From Bispira polyomma (Eukaryota), in contig OZ287755.1 in NCBI GenBank assembly GCA_965649765.1, forward strand, positions 64,666,001 through 64,730,000: 64,000 bases of DNA, written 5' to 3'. Every line of letters starts with the position of its first letter. Within the stretch, counting starts at the first letter, position 1. The position numbers and the translations under genes are program-made. This document shows, in pieces, positions 35,843 to 48,600 of the stretch. Below the pieces are notes generated by a model. The model saw nothing but the letters and a program-made list of their open reading frames with translations. It had not been told where the DNA came from and ran no database searches.

Positions 35843-36127
35843 TGGTCCATTCACACTGCACTGAATGCAGAAGAATCAAGGAATTTGCTAATATACACGA
35901 AAACAAATTATATTTTAGATGGTATTGTTTAATTACCACTGGCTTTGATTTATCTTCCTCAACAAAAAATTAGTGTTAAAATTATAAAAAATATTTGTAC
36001 AACTTTTGATTCCTATTGAATCTTTATATCAATATCCTGATTTGGTGTGCAATGTGAATGCCCACATTAATTTATAAGAACCAATGAATCTGTATATATT
36101 CGCTTTCATTGCTATGTGAATGGACCA
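35843..36127. mobile_element. PIF/Harbinger-like MITE
   Basis: 13-bp TIR TGGTCCATTCACA / TGTGAATGGACCA; flanks TTA / TTT (imperfect 3-bp TSD). Confidence 0.75.
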
Positions 36128-36793
36128 TTTTTGTCCTAAATTATGTGTTTATCAGTTATTTATGATTCCAACATGACATATTAAAATTATTATGTCAATA
36201 TTTTAAAATAATAAATAATGTTTGTGGAGGAACTATTTCAGAGAACGTACAAACTATATTATATAGAGGAATACCGCCTCGGCCGTTCGTAGGTAGTAGT
36301 CCAAGATTTCAACTGTACTTCTAACCAACCAAGAATCAACTGCAACAAAAGGGTGTCATGTTAGAATAAGCCTACTCTTCCATGAGTCCGATATATATAG
36401 ACCTTAAACAGAGGTGGTCTCTCTCATAAAGGTTATAAAGGTAATCTCTCCAGCAGGTTCGACTACACATGAAACCTGATCATCTGCCATCGTCGGCCGA
36501 TAGATATATCCTAATATTTACAATGTAGATACTTCCATGTGCTAGATGACATCAGTTATTGGCAGAAGCTTCAGATGTATTCGGTCAGGGGGAGTGAAAA
36601 AATTGTCAGATCTAGTCAATGTTGGAGGGGTGTTTTTTGTAGGTTATGGGATTCCAGTGAAATGTGTCACACAGAAACTATTATCTTTATCGGCTGTATG
36701 TAGGCATAAATCAGACGTCGGACCAAAAAAACTGATATATATGAACTCGGCTGATTTTGGAATCTGCTACAATAGAAGCCTAAGTTAAGTTTT

Positions 36794-37010
36794 AACAAGA
36801 GTTTTCTTGCAAAAAAAAGTGCACAGTATGAAATAGACCAACATTGATATGGTCACTATCACTATATATACTCAGGTCCGCTTGGCACCCATACAAATAT
36901 GAATCTGACAACCCTCAGTTTGGACAGGTCGATTGCTTTCAACCAATCCATGAAATCCTTGCATATTATTTCTAAGATGGCAGCACCCTTTTCAAAGTAA
37001 AGACAATATA
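36794..37010 (+). repeat. Family D repeat
   Basis: AACAAGAGTT.TC start, ATGAAATA..AACATTGATATGG.CACTATC block, CAACCAATCCATGAA core, AAGATGGC. Confidence 0.75.
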
Positions 37011-37464
37011 AGGCCTCGCCTGATAACAACTTTGCACATTTTGTATTAGTTCTAAAATTCATTATATCACATTTTTTCTGACCAAATATGAGCCACAAGA
37101 CAGACTAGTTTTCCTTTCACTATTACACACAGGTGTGTCCTATACTGCAATCACTGTGACAGGTTTATCAAACCCAAAGTACAAACAGTTGTGCAAAACT
37201 GGCCTGCACAACATACACACACGTAATGGGTCAGTTCAGAGGTCAGACAGGCCTCACTTCATCAGTAACAGAGAGAAGTGGGATACAAAGAATGAGGGAG
37301 TTGGGACAGGGTGGAGGGGGGGTTGATGGGGAGGGGGGGTGGATTTGTAAAAAGAATAGGGTCAGTTCAGATGTCAGACAGGCGTCAACGTCCTGAGTTA
37401 TTGTATAAATATATGCTGTATATTTATGTTAGTATAGTGCCACCTGCACTTCGAGAGTATATAT

Positions 37465-37830
37465 CTAATCAAATCAAACTTTTATAGCACTTAATCTCCA
37501 TTGAGGTGGATTCTAAGGCACATATTTAAGTCTTTTAAGGTCCTTTTTTCTGTAGGTGGTCATATCTCAGGCGACTCCAGAATGAATATGTAACTGGGAG
37601 GGAAAGCCTTGGTAAACAAATATGTCTTAAGTTTGCTATCTAAAGGATGACAAGGTAGGAGCAGCACACATTTCTTGTGACAGACTGTTCCATAGTTTTT
37701 TGGAAAAATGCACTGTAGGGAAAAATGTGATTGAAATGAGTTTCGAATTTGTACATCAAAGGTGAGTAGACTGGAACCTGAAAAGCAAGGCAATTTCGAA
37801 ACAACAGAACGAATGAACCAATCGACATGT
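37465..37830 (-). mobile_element. Old L2 3' end
   Basis: SKLKTYLFTKAFPP and tail GCCTTAGAATCCA..TGGAGATTAAGTGCTATAAAAGT(TTGAT)n. Confidence 0.8.
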
Positions 37831-37831
37831 C

Positions 37832-37980
37832 AACAAGAGGTGTCTTTTATATGAAATACCCTAACGTTAATATGATAACTATATGCTCTGTCAAATCTGA
37901 CACCCCTCAGTGTGGACGGGTCGATCCCTTCCAACCAATCCACGGAGGCCTTACATATTTTTAGTTGCCTTTTCAAATTC
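37832..37980 (+). repeat. Family D repeat
   Basis: AACAAGAGGTGTC start and TCTGACACCCCTCA..CCAACCAATCCACGGAGGCCTTACATATT core. Confidence 0.75.
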
Positions 37981-39164
37981 TCAAAATAAGAACAACATCA
38001 GGCTATTTCTGACAAAAACACACATAGCTAATGTCAGGGTAGCTGGGGGGGGGGGGGGGGGGGAGAGATATACAGAGGGGAAAAGCAACTTTGAAGAGTT
38101 AGGTTTTAATCTGTTTTCCTTAAACCTGGAAACTCTTTCAATAAGTGATCTAAGCAATGCAAAAAAGGCCATCTGAACACACCTAATAATTTTTTTATTA
38201 TATATACACTATTTTACACCATAGCATATGTTTTATTATCTATATAAACGCTTTCAACACTCCCCCCCTACCCCATGCCCCCATCAGTTACACTACCCAA
38301 GGTGTCTGGTTTCTAAAGCCTTTTGAGCCAAAGTTCTCTGGATCTCCCCCTCCCCCATCACTAAACACGTGGTAATTGGGCGATGATAGACAAGGGACAA
38401 ATGTTACAGTTATATTTTATAGCCGAAGATAAGGGAACATGCCCCACATCCCCTCTGCCTTTTTCCACATCAAAGGGGCCAGGACACACATACACACACA
38501 GAGGCTGTACATAACAGCCGTGTGATCTGTTGTGAGCTAACCGTGACCATAGCCCCTCAGGGACATAGCTGGTTATATTTACTATATCTGTACAATACAG
38601 TTTTGTAGTTCTTTTTAGCACGAAAGAAAATTTTACCAATTTATAGAATTGTTCGGGGAATTGTACACTGGAATAATAATTTATTCACTATTGATTTTGT
38701 TTCAGTTTTATAAATATCTATATACAAGTTCACTGAAATTGTCATTATTACTAATGAAAAATAGCTAAAAATAAATTTTCAGTGAACATTTTTACATGTC
38801 CTAACTAATATATAACAGACGACAGATAAACAGATAAAATAGATACTGTCATTGTAAGATGTTAAGTTTGTTGTAGTTTTTATCAATATGTTAGTCATAT
38901 ATCATTAAAAACATAAAGAAAAGTTTACATTATCATTCATTTAATTGACACCTAGGGATATTTTTCCATTGAAAATACTTGTCCACTATTTCCAAAAAAA
39001 AATGTACATTTTTATTCATGTGTCATTAAAAGGAATCCTGAAATAAATGGTATATCAGACACATATGTATTTGTGTATTACTGTAGGGTTATAATACTTA
39101 AGTATGTTACTCGGGAACTTGACAGTTGTACTCAATCTTCGAAGTGAGATAACACTAACCTATA

Positions 39165-39739
39165 CACGGGTGGTACGAATTCTAAACAGATTTTGATGTT
39201 TTTACTTAAATTTAAGTATGTCACATAAGATATAATAAAAAGTCAAATGTACTGAAATAGGTATACATGAAACACTTGTCATACATCAATATCAATTTTA
39301 GACAGTTTTGCGGATAGGAGGAAGGGCAAGGCTGAGTGTCACCTAGGGATTCAATTGTGCAGAAATAGCATTTCTGTATGCTACTTCATCCTATTTCCTG
39401 TTATTATTGGGGGGGGGTTTTCTGTAACTTTATTATTAAATCTGAAATAAACAATATTTTATCAGGTCACTGCTTTGCCACCACAAGATATAAGTAGATG
39501 TACTTGAAACACCTATTTGCAAATTCAATATATAAGACCAATTTGTATCTCTATACATTTAAATTATGAATTACTCTGTATTTTGTCACTTTTTTTTAGT
39601 AAGAAGACATTCAGTAGTGTAAAATAAATTACAAAATAATGTTAGTTTGACATGGTAGTTTCTGTGTATTTCCTGGTATTTCTATATAATTTTATTTATT
39701 GTCCAGAATTCGTACCAGCCAGAATTCTTACCACCCGTG
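39165..39739. mobile_element. Tc1/mariner-type MITE with TA TSD
   Basis: TIR CACGGGTGGTACGAATTCT / AGAATTCTTACCACCCGTG (1 mismatch); TA at 39163-39164 and 39740-39741. Confidence 0.88.
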
Positions 39740-41419
39740 TACTTTAATTTTGAGGTTGGGTTGGGTGTTGCCTAATTTATGTCATTTATAAGTCATACAC
39801 CTATCATATTTGTCTTTTTTTATTCTATTTTCAATAATTAAACCAAGAATTTTCGATATGAAACAAAGTTTTAAAGGTGATAAATTGGAGTTGATATAAT
39901 AATTTTTATACTTTTTAAGACAAATAAAATGTGAAAATATTGGGTGATGTTTTTAAGTGAATAATAAAAGTAGCAGAATTTCAAGGCATTACTGTTCAAA
40001 AGAAAAACAAAACATAAACTCAATAGTTAGCTTTAAACCCGTTGAGACAGGGGCATTGATGATAAATACTTCACATCAAAAGATATAGTCCAAATTTGTC
40101 ACATTTTCAAAAAAAACTTTACTTCTTATAAAACAGTACTAGAAGTGTATCAAAAAATCTCACACTATTTTTTACACCACTTTTCATATGTGATCTCTGT
40201 GCTTTTTTAACTAGTCAATTTATAGTTTTCTCTAATCCTAGTTAGCAGTTCTGTTAGCACATCGTGTTTTGAGTCTTAAAGCACCCACAGTTCTTTTTGA
40301 GATTACTTCTATTACGAAGTGTGGACAGAAGGTTCTGTGTTTAATGTCTTCAGAGATAAACTTTCTACCTTTTGGGAGGCCTTTTCTCACACCAACATTT
40401 AGTTTCCACTTAAAATCAATTGTTTTTATGTCTATTTTACCTATAAAAGTACTATAAAAGTATACCTAAAGTTTATGGCATAACCTACCTATTTTTTTTA
40501 ATGTTACTATAATCCATCATCACTTATTTTTTGTTTCAAAATATCTGCTAGGATTTTTTTTTTTTAGAAATTCAACATCCCCCAAAGAAAAAATATGAAA
40601 TACTTATAAAAAATAAGGTGAAAACATTTTAGGATAAGAACACTGCTAGAGTTATTATCAAGTTATATGGGGAGGGAGGGGATCAGGAATAAAGCTCTTA
40701 GTACCTAGAAATAAACAGGGTTTTTTATCAAAGCACTTGATACCTTGGCAGACTTTTAACCGTGTTGATTTTGACACCTATAGAAGGCAGATTCATTTTC
40801 TTTTGGTAAAGTCATTTCTTTCTATCAGAGCAAGTGATTATAATAAACACAGCGAGGGAAAAGTATTTTTATGTCACCAGATAGTGTCATAAACAACTGC
40901 ACACAAAGTCTGGTTAAAATAACAACTCAACAGTATTTTAACTCCCTTTGCAGCCAGTGTAAAAGGGGTACTTTTTATACTGATAAATTGGAGTTGATAA
41001 AATAATTTTAAAATTATTTTAGGACAAAAAAAAACGTGAAAAACTTGAGTGAGTTCCTATACAATGTGCAATATGTAGGAAAGATGGAACAATAAATGGC
41101 CTAAACAAAAAGGAGTCACTAAAACACACACCAGGAACTACTTCCGGTATTTAATAATGCCTTCACGTATATTGGTTTAAACAATTTTTTATTGTGTTGG
41201 GAGTAACCATTGCCTTTTATTGCTGGTTAACAACATATTAGTTTGTAAAGGTTAAAAACGCTGAAGCATATAATAATTTATAAAGAGCCCTATCGATATA
41301 TATAATCTTCTAAGGTACTCATTTCTCTCAATGGGATATATAATAGTTCTACAACATTGCCTGACTTCTAATCAGTAGGGCATGTCTCTGACTTGTCATC
41401 AGTAGGACATTAGTATGTT

Positions 41420-41535
41420 ATCACATCTTGCTCAAAGGAGGTTATTAGCCATCAATGGACCCTTGCAGCCATAACAATAGTTGAATCATGGGTCCTTCTG
41501 ATACAGTTATCAAGCTTAGTGAGTGTAGAGCCATA
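41420..41535 (-). mobile_element. Degraded SINE family C
   Basis: CACATCTTGCTCAAAGGAGGTTAT matches CACATCTTGTCCAAAGGATGTTAT at 26.9 kb. Confidence 0.5.
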
Positions 41536-42140
41536 GTCAAGGGGTATAGCAATGTGTAATACTTGATATTGAAGATGAATGAAGTATGGTGTATGAATAC
41601 TAGAAATGTAAAGATAGTATAAATACTCGTTTGGGTATCATATCACACCAGACCAAAAGTAAAGAAGCCAAATTGGGAACTTTGTGATTCTCGGAGAAAT
41701 TCCCTCGCCATTAAACCACGGAAGACACTGAATGGGCCACTGTATAACACATTCAATTTGGAGTAGATCTGAGTAGAAATTGGGGATATCTAAAAATATG
41801 TTTATATCTTGCCTATGTGTCACACTTGGCTGAGGTATGTACTCTACTGGGTTCCTGTATAGTTCACTATGTTGTACAGGAGGACAACTAGTCTGTTAGG
41901 CACACACCATCATCATGCAAATCCTTGTAAAAATGGTAGTTTGAGCTTTTATGATAGTGATTTTGCATCAGCTTTAACATCCAAGCTCCTATTTCGGTAA
42001 CTACCCAATATATTCTTTCTATGTCTTCTTATTGTTCTGACAAAAGTAGCTCATTATCTTGCTATCTAGTAGACTCTATTATGAAAAGTATATATTGGAA
42101 CTACTTTATTTATTCACAGAATTAATTACAAGCAGTGTAT

Positions 42141-42375
42141 GAGGGGGTGCGGAGGTCTAGTGGTTAGAAGCGCTTGCTTCATAATCAATGGCCTGTCACC
42201 AATGTGGGTTGGAATATTGTTTGCTCCTTTATGTGGGAAAAGTTTATCAGGTACTTGCCGTAGGCCAGTAGTTTACCCAGTGGCTTCAGCACTGGTTTCT
42301 TCCACCCTTGAATCTAGCCCATGTAAATATGACCTAAGCTGTCGAATAAAAAGCAACGTAAAACCAAAGTAAATT
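42141..42375 (+). mobile_element. tRNA-SINE family B, uninterrupted copy
   Basis: A-box-like GGTCTAGTGG, B-box-like GGTTGGAAT, tail ATATGACCTAAGCTG..AAAGCAACGTAAAACCAAA. Confidence 0.85.
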
Positions 42376-43242
42376 CAGCCAAATTAAATGAGGGTTCATT
42401 TTACCTAAAAAAAATGTAAAACAACTATTTATGATGAAGCATTGACACTTTCAGTAGCATAACTAATACCATTTTACCTTAATTTAGATTGTCTACATTA
42501 ATATCTGGCACACAAAACAGTTGTGACCCTATGTGGTATATTCAGTACAAATTGGCTGTAGGCCACTTATTTGTCGGCCATCTTCAATCCCTTCCGGTCA
42601 TGTGACAGGGCTATAAACACCGGAAATGAGGATGCCAAACCCAATCAGAAAGCTGATAACAAGTGATATCCACACTCCTTATAGATCCAGCAGAAGATTT
42701 TCCTAAAGGGGCAAACACCCCCCCCCCCCTCCACCCCCCACCCCACCCCCACCCCTCCACTACCCCAACCCCCAGTAAAACAATAACCTTTAAAGCAGAT
42801 TTCAAACCAATTTTCACTTCATTTAGACTAAAGACAAACCTCTAATATCCTCCCAACGTATCAAATCTCATTTTCTGTTCCACCAAGTATGTGACGGACT
42901 AAAACAGGGAGTAGAGTAGGTATGACTTAAGGTCACCTTAAGTTTTATTTGTAAATAAACTTTTCCCTTTATTGCCTTTTATATTTCTAATCAAACCGTT
43001 AATGTTAATTAGAATCAAATGTAATTTATTTAGCTTTTACAAAAAGTATGTATTTTTTCACATATATGTATTATTCATCTTTAATGTATGTTTTTTGATC
43101 AAATAACCTTTTTATAAAAATATGGACCTCCTAAGATTTGTCCATTCTATTCCATCACAATTTCCAAGAGGACAACAACAAGCTCCCGTCTACAAAGATA
43201 ATATAGCCAGGACGAGGCTCTAACGTCAACCAACAGCTTATA

Positions 43243-43569
43243 ATGTAAATGTGTATAGGCTTATAGTCAGATATTACCTTTATTGAAGTCTTATCCGTGT
43301 TTACAATTTTTACCCCCAGCCTAGGTTTTTCCACTTGTCAACCAATTTTCAACCAGCTCCCTCGGCAAACATATACTAGTCATGCTGACACATACGGCGC
43401 AAAGACTAAACACCAATTATCGGCCAGGTACTCATTTCACACCTGGGTAGAGAGAGACAACTCTGTGTAAAGCACCTTGTCCAAGGGTGCAATCACCAGG
43501 CCAGCAGCGAGGATAAAACTTGGACCCTCATATCTAAAGTCAGACACTCTAACCACTAGGCCACTGGGA
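43243..43569 (-). mobile_element. tRNA-SINE family A, full length, tail type 1
   Basis: Reverse complement is collinear with 5907-6223, including the GACTATAA.CCT..ACACATTTACATT tail. Confidence 0.88.
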
Positions 43570-43824
43570 ATTAACCCTTTCGACTGCAAGTGAAAACAAT
43601 GGTAATTACAACTGTAGTATTTAGTAAAATATTACTGATATTACAATTTAATTTCAAAAATCATGTACATGTCCATCAGGAATTGAATTTAGCCATTTCA
43701 GCAAATTGAAACTTGAATTGATTAAAAAAAATTAGCTTATATATGTAATACATATTTATGTACATTCCGGGTTTTTTTTTCAATATTTATACATTTGTGG
43801 CTTTTTTTCTGGCTTTACAACTCT

Positions 43825-43990
43825 TTAAACTCGCTTACCCACCCAGACTATAATTCCTTCCCATAAACCCCTACATCATATTTTTATTGCCTGGCTATGA
43901 TTTGGGAAGTTCAATGAAATAATTGATTCTGTTGTTGTGCTTTAGAAGGTGCATGGCATCAATAAAGGACCGATAAAAATGCAAAATAAG
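43825..43990 (+). mobile_element. L2 3' tail fragment
   Basis: AAACTCGCTTACCCACCC (KLAYPP) followed by GATTCTGTTGTTGTGCTTTAGAAGGTGCATGGCATCAATAAAG..GATAAAAATGCA. Confidence 0.75.
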
Positions 43991-45129
43991 AAACAATACC
44001 AACAAACAGTATCTTATAGCTAAAATTTCCAAAATATTATGAAATCATTCATTATCTATTCAGTACTTATGTTTACCCACTGCTAAATATATCTACATAT
44101 ATTTACTCTACAGTGTGAAATAGCATAATCATATTTGCACTACACACTAAAATATTTATGTAATATGCATAATTTCTAAAGCCTGAAAAAAGGCTAGGTA
44201 TTTGCTGCCTGCATAGAAAGGCGAGAATGCAATAGGGATATTCATCCGGGGACTTTGGTAATTCCCTTGTAATTGCTTTGGACATGAGGCTGGAATTGGA
44301 TGGGGTTTCATAGGTCCTAGGGTTTAATGACTTTTTGGCTGCCTTTTTTCCCACTCTGTGTAGCAGCATCAGATCTGTCCTTATTTAAAGAGCTGAGGCT
44401 AAGGTGGGGAGCTAAAAATAGATATTTTAAAAGGATATACCCACAAAGAATCATTCTCAACTGCTGGTATATTAACTTGAAGCAAGTTTAAGTAAATATG
44501 AAAGTGTTTTGTTTTTGTTGGTTTTAGTCATATTATTGAATAATATGTGGGTGAAATATTTAAATAGTTTGTAGCAGTGACAAGAATATCTTTTTGGTGG
44601 CAAGGTTTCCAAGTATTTGGTCATCTTAAAATTCCTTATGGCCTTGCTTCCTGGAAATAGGCATAAACAACGGACAGAGACCTTTTACTGTTTGCTAGCT
44701 TTTAAGGCACATGTGTAGCTAGGTTTAGATATTGGTAGGTTTCAGTTTTTAGGGTATGCAATACATACAGATCCCTTGCTCACCCTTCTCTGCATCCTAT
44801 AACATTATACTAAAACGGTTAAAAGCTCATATAAATGAAGGTGTTTACCACATTTCATAACACACACACCATAAAATATAATATAATTAGATTATATGAA
44901 ATAGCGCTCATTCTCCATACTAGCGGATTCTAAGGTGTAACAACCAAAATCAATCACCCGTAGTTGTGTGTTGTGTTGGACCAAAAAGAGCTGCTGTTAC
45001 CAAATGTTGGTATATATGTAGAATATTTAATGACACCTACAAGAACCACAACAAATACTTTTAAATCAATGCCTTAGAACATTGCCTGCATGAACACGTA
45101 GACTAAATCCACAGTACTTTGTCTTCAAG

Positions 45130-45244
45130 CCAGGATAGGTCTAGATATGTCTATACAAACCAGGATAGGTCTAGAGATGGCTATAAAAATCAGGATAGGT
45201 CTAGATGTCTATACAAACCAGGATAGGTCTAGAGATGTCTATAG
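45130..45244. repeat. ~30-bp minisatellite, 4 units
   Basis: CAGGATAGGTCTAGA(GA/TA)TGTCTATACAAAC repeated. Confidence 0.92.
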
Positions 45245-45896
45245 AACATTCACACTTTTGCTCAAGTATTGTCATCAGAAACTTGCGGATTTGGAAATAT
45301 ATACTGGAGTTCCTTTCTTCAAAAACGTTGGTCTGTGCAACATCAAATTGGCAACTACATTCACACACCTAGACTGAAGTAGTACATAGTGTGTAAAAAG
45401 AAGCCTGTATGCTTGACAATATAATAGAGCTTTTCTTTAATCCCTACACCCCCCCCCCCCCACCCCCAAGTGATGACATGCCCCCCGCCCCCCCACCCCA
45501 CAGCCACCTCATCTACCCTACCACCCTCCCTCCTACCTTTAATTGAAGATTCTTTCAGGTAAACCTAAGAAGTGAACCACAGGACACACGTCCGTCACAC
45601 CTGTATCGGATGACCAGAACCAATTTAAAAGCCGCTGACTGAGGTTTTCGTTAAGGGGTAGGGATTCCTCATCATTAAGTTCTACGGTATCATTGACACT
45701 TTGGGCACCATTTTTTTTAATGAATATACCGTAAAATACCTTCATAAAAGAACACAACAATACCACGTGAGGGATGGTTTGCGGTATAGTTTGATGAAAA
45801 TTAAACTACCACCAAAGTTTTTGACAAACAAAATCCATAGCCGCATCCAGATCACCATTTAATGACTGATTTGGGTTTAATGTCACTTTGAATACA

Positions 45897-46024
45897 ATGT
45901 ATTATCACTTGATATAGAGCAGTTATGAATAACACTGTGATCTAATGCGCTTTGACATTATTACCCTAGCCTGGGTTCTTCCACTTGTCAACCAATTGTT
46001 CAGTTTTAGCTCCCTCAGGAAGCG
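45897..46024 (-). mobile_element. 3' half of SINE family A with tail type 2
   Basis: Body GCTTCCTGAGGGAGCT..CTGAACAATTGGTTGACAAGTGGAAGAACCCAGGC, then AGGGTAATAATGTCAAAGCGCATTAGAT..CTGCTCTATATCAAGTGATAAT, as at 51660-51727. Confidence 0.85.
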
Positions 46025-46044
46025 TTTTGTTTTAGTTGTTGGTT

Positions 46045-46205
46045 CGAAGTTTGCGTCGCTCTGAACAACTTAGGTCATATCATGAAGGCCAGATTTAATG
46101 GTGGAAGAAACCAGTGCTGAAGGAATAAAGGAACGACCAGGATTCGAACCCATATTGGTAAGAGACCACTGATTAACCATCACTTTTAACTACTAGGAGA
46201 CCAAA
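46045..46205 (-). mobile_element. SINE family B, internally deleted
   Basis: Reverse strand B-box GGTTCGAATCC and CTTCAGCACTGGTTTCTTCCACC..AAATCTGGCC..GATATGACCTAAG. Confidence 0.75.
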
Positions 46206-47377
46206 GCCTCAAAACTGGTCATTGTTTGACAGGTATGATAATTTCTGGTAAAAGTCACAACAAGCTGTAGGTGATCAATTCATAAACAACCTTTCTGTTG
46301 TGAGTTTTACAGAATATATAGTAAAATATATGGTCCTCAAAAAGCATATAAATATATAGACAAAGTAAATCCCCACATAGTTAATATCCTTAGTCCCTCC
46401 ATGTGCCCCAAGTACTTGAAATGTGTAAATATATCATATGCTATTATCATATATTATAAGGTTAGGCAGAAATGAGTAAAACACCTTTTCTATTTTTAGA
46501 ATTTTTGACACCTCAATAAAATAACAAACAATTCTATACCCACGGAAACTGGTGCTACACCCATTTGGGTGTATCTATTCATATAACTGGTACAAGAACA
46601 GGAATTATATCACCTAAGCATGGTTCTTTTTGTTAAATATCAAGACAACATGTGTATGATTGTGTAAAAGAGCACACATGTAATTATACAGAGACAAAGA
46701 ATGATATGTACACCACAACATAAGGTGTGTGGACGTCAACAAATTAATTCCCATGAAGTGGACGTAAACAGATTAATTTCCATGAAGTGTGTTCTGTTCT
46801 GAATGTATTTGAATACACTGCTACTAATACATTTGGTATAGAATGGGCCTCTTGAGTACACACTCAATTTTGAGGTCAAGTCTCTATATATATTGAGAGC
46901 GGTTACACATTAACAAATGCCATCTTCACCCCATTTGGTCTTTTGTTTTAACAAAAGATAGGGGTGGGGGGACCTGCTGTTAATAAATTATCTGTACATG
47001 TACACAAACATGGTTAAGCATATTTTACACCTTGAAAGAAACACACATTGTAGATATTACATACATCATACAATAGACAGAATGATACCAGTTACTTTTT
47101 AAAAGACAAAACATCCACTGTATTATTCTGATTGTCAGTTTTGCGATTTCCTGTCTGGGACATGTCAGCCTTTCAAAAGGCGTATGTTCTGTGTGTGTCA
47201 AATAAAAATACAACCAGAAAACTATGTATAATGTATTAGGACCAAAACTCTTCCTAGCCACCTGGAAGTATTTGGACATATGAAAAAAAGCTAAACTTAC
47301 GAATATTCATTTTATTAGAGTTTTTAGCGCTGAATTAAATTATGCAGTCAGATTAAAAGTTAGTTCAACACATCTAT

Positions 47378-48040
47378 ACTTGTGACCATTCATTTTAATA
47401 GAGCCAGATTTTACTTAAGCTCACTCTAGCCTTGAGATATGGGGACTTCGGGGTTGAACTGGTGTCTGAGTTGAGCTTAAGATATTTCGATAATGCAGCT
47501 CACGACGGCCCAACTATATCCCCCAAGGATCTGCTGGAGGAAGCCAGTGTATACTTGTTGGTCAAGATTCCACACTGTAAACCAGCAACCATCGGCAAGT
47601 TATACCAGCCAACTTTCACAGCCATAAAGCCCCAGCTGAGATTGAAATCGGGACCATAGAGGTGGGAGGCAAGTGTGTTAGCACTGCACCACAGACATCT
47701 CAATTCCTGAATACAAACATAACTTGTAACTTGTGACCATTCATTTTGCAAGAGCTTTCAGCCCTGAATTCAAATATACTGTTAGATTTTGTGTATCTTT
47801 CCCCTAGCCAGAGGATATAAGGTGACCTTAGAATAGATTTGAGTTTGAGTTTTAGTTAAGCTTGAGATCTTTGGAGAAATAAGGCCCCCAGGGTTTCATA
47901 TTCTTCCAAGAATCTCAAGCTCCAACGGAACAAGGGAAGCCTATGTGTTTAATTCTCTGTATACAAACATAACCTATAACTTGTTACCATTCTTTTTAGA
48001 AGAGCTTTCAGTGCTGAATTCAAATATACTTTCAGATGTT
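47378..48040 (+). repeat. Cluster of three copies of repeat family F (47378, 47729, 47978); further copies inverted at ~190-315, ~27965-28020 and ~50355-50425
   Basis: Shared ACTTGTGACCATTCATTTT..(T/A)AGAGCTTTCAG.GCTGAATTCAAATAT and GAGATATGGGGACTTC blocks. Confidence 0.7.
47500..47697 (-). mobile_element. tRNA-SINE related to 33102-33363
   Basis: Reverse-strand A-box TGGTGCAGTGC; the central CAGTGTGGAATCTTGACCAAC..TACACTGGCTTCCTCCAG resembles CAGTGCAGAATCTTGATCAAC..GTTTCCTCCAG. Confidence 0.7.
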
Positions 48041-48334
48041 TTGTTTTGGGTTTTTATTGGGGGGCCACTCCATGGGTATGGATGGGGAAAGAGGTTGGAG
48101 GGGTAATGTAAGTCCAGAGGATAGTGTTTGGGGGCAGTACTTATAATATACCACCTACTGTGTGGGTTAATTAGGTTTTGATATAAACAAAAGAGAGTTA
48201 CAAAAGCACCTCCCATTGTGTGTTGGAGTGGTACAAATCCTGGTACTGAATGATTGAGTAGGATGTACTGGTGTATTCTGGTGTATAAGCTACATGTATG
48301 TATATGTGGATCCTTTGTAATATTAATGTTTATG

Positions 48335-48600
48335 TTTTTACTTCTATAGCGTCACAATTGATGACCAGGCATCCCTCAGTGGCGTAACATCCCAATTAGT
48401 AAGCAAAAGAATAGTCCGATTGGAGAAAAGTTTCGTTATCCGAGTTCAGCCGTGACCCAAAGACGAATGTTTAGACAGAAAAGCGAGTTGATACAGATGT
48501 GTTTTGAAGTTTTTTCTAAAGCTTGTGTAATCCTTGTCTCAGTCCTAAGACTATTAGGGAGACTATTCTACTCAATAGGTGCTGCAACTTTAGTGGTTTT
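48335..48600 (-). mobile_element. Old CR1/L2-group LINE 3' end
   Basis: Reverse translation VAAP..NSLPNSLR, a frameshifted KxxLKTxL-like segment, and a TGACGCTATAGAAG tail. Confidence 0.6.

Noticed and set aside
41638-41823. IPNFYSDLL..PWFN as an L1/Tx1 ORF2 relic
   Set aside because: Only two short motifs; too weak to call without a search.
42715-42780. C-rich/G-rich tracts as functional G-quadruplexes (also 45450-45540, 50520-50560)
   Set aside because: Such homopolymer-rich tracts are frequent throughout the window and nothing singles these out.
44250-44320. FGNSLVIALDM as a Jockey/CR1 RT relic
   Set aside because: A single degenerate motif with no supporting flanks.
45539-45766. 75-aa ORF as a host exon
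   Set aside because: No recognisable domain, no partner exons and no consistent splice sites on that strand.
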